From contig NC_057720.1 in assembly GCF_004010195.1 (NCBI RefSeq), positions 8,530,227 through 8,550,226 of the forward strand: a stretch of 20,000 nucleotides of DNA. The letters run 5' to 3'. Below are positions 18,521-20,000 of this stretch, in pieces (position 1 is the stretch's first letter; every line of letters starts with the position of its first letter). Source of the stretch: Chiloscyllium plagiosum (lineage: Eukaryota). Below the pieces are notes generated by a model, which had not been told where the DNA came from, searched no databases, and was given only the letters and a program-made list of their open reading frames with translations. A program made the position numbers and the translations under genes.

Positions 18521-19250
18521 GGTTGAAGGAAGGGCGTGATGATTGGCAACTAAATGTTCCAGGATATAGACGCTTCAGACAGGACAGGGAGGGAGGTAAA
18601 AGGGGGGGGGGGGGGTGGAGTTACATTGCTGGTCAGGGACGATATCACGGCTATGCTAAAGAAGCACACTATGGAGGGCTTGGGTAGTGAGGCATTATGG
18701 GTGGAGCTGAGAAATAAGAAAGGTGACGTTACATTGTTGGGGCTGTATTACAAATCTCCCAACAGTGAGTGTGAAGTAGAAGAACAAATAGGTAAACAGA
18801 TTATGAATCGATGTAGAGGCAGTAGGGTAGGGGTGATGGGAGATTTTAATTTTCCCAACATTGACTGGGATATACTTAGCGTCAGAGGTCGGATGGAGTA
18901 GAATTTCTACGAAGTGTCCAGGAGAGTTTTATAGAGCAGTATGTCAATAGTCCGATGAGGGAAGGGGCCATATTGGAGCTGGTACTGGGGAACGAGCCAG
19001 GACAAGTGGGTGAAGTTGCGGTGGGGATTTCTTTGGGAACAGTGACCACAATTCTGTAAGTTTTAGAATACTCATAGATAAAGAAGAGAGTGGTCCTAAG
19101 GGAAGAGTACTAAACTGGGCCAAGGCCGATTATATCAAAATTAGGCAGGAGCTGGGAAATGTGGATTGGACACAGCTATTTGAAGGGAAGTCCACATTTG
19201 AGATGTGGGAGGCTTTCAAAGATAGGTTAACGGAAGTGCAGGATAGGCAC
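18520..19250 (+). mobile_element. CR1 ORF2 apurinic-type endonuclease domain fragment
   Basis: DWQLNVPGYRRFRQDR..GGGVTLLV, EALWVELRN, GLYYKSPN, VMGDFNFPNIDW, SDHNSV, MWEAFK; a 14-G run at 18602-18615 frameshifts it. Confidence 0.92.
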
Positions 19251-19274
19251 ACACACACACAAACACACATCCAC
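19249..19274. repeat. Imperfect (CA)n microsatellite
   Basis: CACACACACACACAAACACACATCCAC at the CR1/SINE junction. Confidence 0.85.
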
Positions 19275-19279
19275 AAATC

Positions 19280-19455
19280 GAATCATAGAATCCCAACAGT
19301 ATGGAATAAGGCCAGTTGGCCCTTTGTGTCCACTCTGACCTTCCAAAGAGCATCCTATCCATTCCCATCCCACCCCCACCCTCACCACCACCATATCCCC
19401 GTAGTCCTGCATTTCCCATGGCCAATGCACTCAACATGCACATGTTTGCACTGGG
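19280..19455 (-). mobile_element. HE1-like SINE 3' half
   Basis: GAATCATAGAATCCCAACAGTATGG...CCAAAGAGCATCC...GCATTTCCCATGGCCAAT; homologous to 4653-4820. Confidence 0.8.
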
Positions 19456-19596
19456 AATTTGTCCTCCATGTTCTGACAATATTTGATCTGTTTATGGTGC
19501 TGCTAAAGGAGCAGCAGTAAATCACAGCCTCCAGTCATTCAGTCCATACAGGATTCCTTTGAAAATTTGACAGTGCTGTTACACAATCACATTGGT

Positions 19597-20000
19597 CAGA
19601 GAGTCACAGAATGTACAGCACGGAAACATACCCTTTGGTCCAACCTGTCCATGCTGACCAGATATCCCAACTCAATCTAGTCCCACCTGCCAGCACCTGG
19701 CCCATATCCCTCTAAACCCTTCCTATTCATATACCCATCCAGATGCCTTTTAAGTGTTGCAATTGTACCAGCCTCCACCACACCCTCTGGCAGCTCATTC
19801 CATACACGTACCACCCTCTGCATGAAAACATTGCCCCTTAGGTCTTTTATATCTTTCCCCTCTCACCCTAAACCTTTGCCCTCTAGTTCTGGACTCCCCG
19901 ACCCCAGGGAAAAGACTTTGCCCTATTTACCCTATCCATGCCCCTCATAATTTTGTAAACCTCTATAAGGTCACCCTTCAGCCTCCGAAGCTCCAGGGAA
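19597..20000 (-). mobile_element. CR1 3' end, fairly young, runs off the window
   Basis: Minus strand FSLE.RRL.GDLIEVYKIMRGMDRVN...FPGVGESRTRG; tail at 19597-19620. Confidence 0.92.

Overview
Non-bacterial, repeat-dense vertebrate DNA. The repeat families (CR1 LINEs with short microsatellite tails, HE1/V-SINE-like and Deu-domain SINEs, L2, Penelope-like elements) point to a shark, probably a carpet shark; this is an inference from recalled consensus sequences, not a database search. No intact host gene is recognisable. The recognisable ORFs in the track are decayed retroelement pieces and the rest look like chance ORFs. Most of the window is a stack of nested, degraded CR1, SINE, L2 and Penelope-like element (PLE) fragments. 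The most interesting signal is a set of short PLE-derived inserts built around minimal hammerhead ribozyme (HHR) motifs. One young 304-nt tandem unit (7312-7699, minus strand) keeps an intact catalytic core and looks retrozyme-like. Three other micro-inserts have clear 7-12 bp target-site duplications (TSDs) and breakpoints near the ribozyme. Boundaries of old repeats are approximate (about 10-30 nt).
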